The notes below the pieces were generated by a model that searched no databases, had not been told where the DNA came from, and was given only the letters and a program-made list of their open reading frames with translations. The translations under genes and the position numbers were made by a program. A DNA stretch of 64,000 nucleotides from Promethearchaeota archaeon (lineage in GTDB: Archaea > Asgardarchaeota > Lokiarchaeia > Sigyniarchaeales > SOKP01), in the NCBI GenBank assembly GCA_048940925.1, contig JBHLOC010000006.1, positions 62,152-126,151 of the forward strand, given 5' to 3'. Shown here piece after piece: positions 60,298 through 64,000 of the stretch (position 1 is the stretch's first letter; every line of letters starts with the position of its first letter).

Positions 60298-61605
60298 TTG
60301 GAAAAAAAAACTGAACAAGCACCTGAGCCAGCGACCCAGCAAATTAACGAGAATTTAAGAAATCTAATGAATATGTTGAAAGCGAGAGCACTTTCAGGAA
60401 TATTGACTTCTTTTCGATCACCAAAGGTTATTTTTGGAATGACAGCATTAAACCGACTAATCGATTATTTAAATGGTAATCTTGAAGAGGAAGAGAAAAG
60501 AGCTTTAATAATAACTGATGATTTTACTGAAAAATATGGTAATCAAATTAGTAATATGTTAAATAAAATAAATATAGAGTCAAAAGTATGGGCTGGAGTG
60601 AAACCAGAGGGACCTGTCGCTACTATTGAAGAGGCATTTAAAATATGTGAAGACTTTAAACCTAAAATATTTATAGCGATTGGTGGAGGGAGTGTACTTG
60701 ACAGTACGAAAGGTTTAATGGTTAGATATGAGAGACCTGAAATAGATCTATTTAATGTTACAGCTTTAAAACCTCTTGGTTTACGCAAAAAATTTAAATA
60801 TTTTATTGCTATTCCGACAACATCTGGAACTGGATCTGAAGCAACTCTAGCTTCGATGTTAACTGATACACGTTTTAATCCACCAAAAAAATTTACTGTC
60901 TCTCATCCAGAGTTGATTCCTGATTATGCTATATTAATTACTGATTTTGTAAAAGATATGCCGCCCTTTTTAACAATGGCTACAGGACTTGACGCATTAG
61001 CGCATGCAGTAGGATCTTATGTATCAACTATAGGAACTCCATTTTCTGATGCCATGAATACCTATGCTATTAAACAAATAGTGAAGTATTTACCTCGTGC
61101 ATATAAATATGGAGCTAAAGATATAGAAGCACGATCACGAATGCAAATAGCTGCACTGATGGCAGGATTAGGATTTATTCATTCTCGTGTTGGAATTGAT
61201 CATGCCTTAGGTCATAGTTTAGGGAAAGTACTCAATGTTCATCATGGACTTTGTGTTGGGATGTTTCTTCAGTATAGTATTGCTTTCCAAATGAAAATTT
61301 CAGAAAGGTGGAAAGATTTGTGTCCACTTTTTGGAATTGATATTAAAGATAAAGACAATAATAAATTATCGATCGAATTTCTTCAATGTATTAAAGATTT
61401 CATACATTCATTAGATGGCCCAGTATGCGTAAAAGAAATGAAGAATCCTATTATTACTGAGGAAGAGTACATTAAAAATTTAGATCTACTAGTGAAGTAT
61501 GCTGAAACCGATCCAGTAGCTTTTATGGTTACTCGTTATATTGATAGCGAAATTATAAAAAGAATATTTGAATATGCTTGGGATGGTAGAACCATTGATT
61601 TTTAA
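60298..61605 (+). CDS. Iron-containing alcohol dehydrogenase
   Basis: GGGSVLD, PTTSGTGSE, DALAH, HALGH, HG. Confidence 0.92.
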   Translation: MEKKTEQAPEPATQQINENLRNLMNMLKARALSGILTSFRSPKVIFGMTALNRLIDYLNGNLEEEEKRALIITDDFTEKYGNQISNMLNKINIESKVWAGVKPEGPVATIEEAFKICEDFKPKIFIAIGGGSVLDSTKGLMVRYERPEIDLFNVTALKPLGLRKKFKYFIAIPTTSGTGSEATLASMLTDTRFNPPKKFTVSHPELIPDYAILITDFVKDMPPFLTMATGLDALAHAVGSYVSTIGTPFSDAMNTYAIKQIVKYLPRAYKYGAKDIEARSRMQIAALMAGLGFIHSRVGIDHALGHSLGKVLNVHHGLCVGMFLQYSIAFQMKISERWKDLCPLFGIDIKDKDNNKLSIEFLQCIKDFIHSLDGPVCVKEMKNPIITEEEYIKNLDLLVKYAETDPVAFMVTRYIDSEIIKRIFEYAWDGRTIDF

Positions 61606-61628
61606 ATTATTTGGAGTGATTTAAAAGA

Positions 61629-63527
61629 ATGAATGATAAATTATATGGCTATAATGGAAAAATCCTCTTTGTGGATTTAAGCAGAGAAAGTTTTGAAATA
61701 AAGGATTTAAGCCCCAAAATTGCACAAGAATATTTGGGAGGGACTGGATTAAGTGCGAAAATAACATATGATCTGCTCTCAGAAGATGATTACATTAAAT
61801 TAAAAGAAAATCCTTACTCAGAAGTTAATCCTTTAATTTTTGCTACTGGTCCCATAACAGGCACTATTCGACCAAATTCTGGTCGCTATACCGTGAGTGG
61901 AATCTCACCTTTAACTGGGATTTGGGGTGAGGGATCTTCAGGAGGTTTATTTTGTATCTCTTTAAGAAATAGTGGCTTTGATGCTATTGTTTTCTTAGGA
62001 AAAGCAAATAGATTAAATTATGTATATATTCACGATGGAAATGTAGAGTTTAAAGATGCTTCAAAATTACATGGTAAAGATTGTTATGAAACTCAAAAAT
62101 TAATTAAAGATGAATTAAATAAGCCTAAGGTTCGAATAGCTTGTATAGGTCAAGGGGGAGAAAACCTTGTTAAATATAGTGCTATAATAAATGATGAAGG
62201 GAGAGCAGTAGGGAGATGTGGGTTAGGGGCTCTTATGGGTTCAAAGAATTTGAAGGCATTAGTAGTAGACGGAAAAGAAAAGATTAATCTTGCAGATAAT
62301 GAAGTAGGGAAGGAATTAAGAAAACAGGCACAACTGGAAAGAGAAGCAAATCCAATGGGAAATTTGGGGAATTTACTTTTTACTTTATATGGTACTAACA
62401 TGTATCTCGATTTAGGAATGGTTAGTGGTGATACACCAGGATATTACTTTACAGAAACAGAATTTTTTGCCGAGAATTTAACATCGAAAACTTTAACAGA
62501 AGAATATCCAATGTTTAGTTATGGATGTGCAGGGTGTACTCTGAAGTGTGGAAAATCAGCAATTATTGAAATAGATGGAAATGAAATTGAGAGCGATGGA
62601 CCAGAATATGAATCTGTGGCTGCTCTAGGTACTTTATGCGGTGTTTTTGATTCAAAAGCAGTACTTCTTGCCAATCATTTATGTAATAAATTTGGTATCG
62701 ATACTATTTCTTGCGGAGTCTCAATTGCTTTTCTAATTTATTTGGTTGAGAACAATATTGGGGTTGAGAAAATAAATCATTTTTTAAATGATATTCCAAT
62801 ACAAGATATTAAATGGGGAAACGGAAAGGTTGTTTGTAGACTTATTGAAAAAATCGTTAATAGGGAAGGTATTGGAGATATACTTGCAGAAGGGGTGAGA
62901 ATAATGGCAAAGAAGCTGGAAGTGGATCCTGAATTAGCAGCACATGTAAAAGGATTAGAAATACCTATGCATGAACCACGAGCATTCGCCGGACAGGCAT
63001 TAAGTTATATGACTGGATGTGTTGGTGCAAATCATAATAAATGTGATTGGTATGCGGCGGAATCTGGGACCGTTAATATTCCAATTCTTGATATTAAAAG
63101 GGGTAAAAATAGATATGATGTAACAGGACGAGAAAAGGGACTTGTTAATCTTCAAGATCTTAGAGCTATTGATGATTCAGCAGTAAATTGTAATTTTGCA
63201 ACCCCTAAACTTGAGCATATTATCGGTTATATCAATGCTGCTACTGGATTTAAATATAATAGAAAATCACTGATGAAAGTTGGATCGCGAATAAATACTG
63301 TGAAACGTTTAATCAGCTGTAATTTAGGAATTACAAGGAAAGATGATAGGTTGACAAATCATAATATGAAAGTTTTATCATCAGGAAGAACAAAAGGCGT
63401 AAAACTCGATTTAGAAGACAATTTGAAAAAGTATTATAGCATCCGTGGCTGGGATTGGGAAACAGGAAGACCCACTGAAGAAAAATTGAAGGAATTAGGA
63501 ATATCTCCTTTAAATGTGACAAACTAA
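61629..63527 (+). CDS. aor: Tungsten aldehyde:ferredoxin oxidoreductase
   Basis: YLGGTGL, SPLTG, GRCGLGALMGSKNLKA, GPEYE, GIDTIS, VKGLE. Confidence 0.92.
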   Translation: MNDKLYGYNGKILFVDLSRESFEIKDLSPKIAQEYLGGTGLSAKITYDLLSEDDYIKLKENPYSEVNPLIFATGPITGTIRPNSGRYTVSGISPLTGIWGEGSSGGLFCISLRNSGFDAIVFLGKANRLNYVYIHDGNVEFKDASKLHGKDCYETQKLIKDELNKPKVRIACIGQGGENLVKYSAIINDEGRAVGRCGLGALMGSKNLKALVVDGKEKINLADNEVGKELRKQAQLEREANPMGNLGNLLFTLYGTNMYLDLGMVSGDTPGYYFTETEFFAENLTSKTLTEEYPMFSYGCAGCTLKCGKSAIIEIDGNEIESDGPEYESVAALGTLCGVFDSKAVLLANHLCNKFGIDTISCGVSIAFLIYLVENNIGVEKINHFLNDIPIQDIKWGNGKVVCRLIEKIVNREGIGDILAEGVRIMAKKLEVDPELAAHVKGLEIPMHEPRAFAGQALSYMTGCVGANHNKCDWYAAESGTVNIPILDIKRGKNRYDVTGREKGLVNLQDLRAIDDSAVNCNFATPKLEHIIGYINAATGFKYNRKSLMKVGSRINTVKRLISCNLGITRKDDRLTNHNMKVLSSGRTKGVKLDLEDNLKKYYSIRGWDWETGRPTEEKLKELGISPLNVTN

Positions 63528-63755
63528 AGTCAAGAGAATATTTTATTTAGGAAAAATCTTTTCAAAAAATAATTTCTTCTTTTTTTTCAATTTTTACATG
63601 AAATAGAGAATTATTTTATTTTGAGCTTTCAACATATCTTCCATAATAAATTTCATTGCATTAGTTTTATCTTTTTAAATTTAAGGAGAAACATAATGAT
63701 TAAATAATTGTCTTTCTTATAACTCCTAATATTTATTTATCATTGGAGAAATCTT

Positions 63756-64000
63756 ATGAAACTTACTAATCTTAAAATAAATGATTTGTTAAAATTGAAT
63801 AAAAAATTCACTTTCTTGGTAGGGGCAGGTTGTTCTGTTAGTGCTCCTTCATGTCTTCCTGCAGGATATTCAATGATGAAAGCACTTATTAATCATACAT
63901 GTGTTCAATCTGAGATTAATAATATATTAGAGTTAATGACATTAGGAAAATTACGATTTGAAGCTCTAGTTGAGATTATTCGAGATCAATTAGACGAAAA
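63756..64000 (+). CDS. SIR2-like domain protein, 5' part (runs off window end)
   Basis: MKLTNLKINDLLKLNKKFTFLVGAGCSVSAPSCLPAG...LRFEALVEII; GAGxS...LP motif; GGAG upstream. Confidence 0.75.
   Translation, partial: MKLTNLKINDLLKLNKKFTFLVGAGCSVSAPSCLPAGYSMMKALINHTCVQSEINNILELMTLGKLRFEALVEIIRDQLDE

Noticed and set aside
489-63522. Short antisense or overlapping ORFs in the track (e.g. 489-689, 5844-6038, 21694-21945, 27934-28275, 36643-37195, 59290-59580)
   Set aside because: Shadows of well-supported genes or AT-rich chance ORFs with no motifs.

Overview
AT-rich archaeal chromosomal window, most likely Asgard/Lokiarchaeia. The assignment rests on archaeal ether-lipid genes, an archaeal uS2 with an acidic extension, a Roadblock + Rab-like GTPase fusion, SCP2 proteins and many zinc ribbons. 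It holds about 58 protein-coding genes, mostly housekeeping or metabolic: GGGPS/DGGGPS/GGR lipid cluster, ilvD, tmk, tyrA-aroE-aroK, AOR-ADH, two orphan adenine methyltransferases and a radical-SAM/DUF4130 pair. No rRNA, tRNA, CRISPR array or transposase was seen. The main discovery is two protein-coding genes that appear to be interrupted by tiny tRNA-type bulge-helix-bulge (BHB) introns. (1) A 30-nt intron (3944-3973) containing UGA, inside a near-perfect BHB, splits an AIR-synthase-related gene. Canonical cutting restores one 459-aa ORF (...GFHVTRAALRD...). (2) A 29-nt frameshifting intron (59895-59923), inside a relaxed BHB, splits an unannotated 56-aa zinc-ribbon gene. Together they suggest mRNA splicing by the tRNA splicing endonuclease/ligase in an Asgard archaeon; this is a prediction from sequence and needs RNA evidence. 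Secondary observations: a three-gene Roadblock/degenerate-GTPase/V4R-like module, three tandem LITAF-like proteins, a decaying leuCD-like pair, repeated copies of the cooC 3' end bracketing accessory genes, a tandem pair of micro-membrane peptides and a GC-rich foreign regulator gene.
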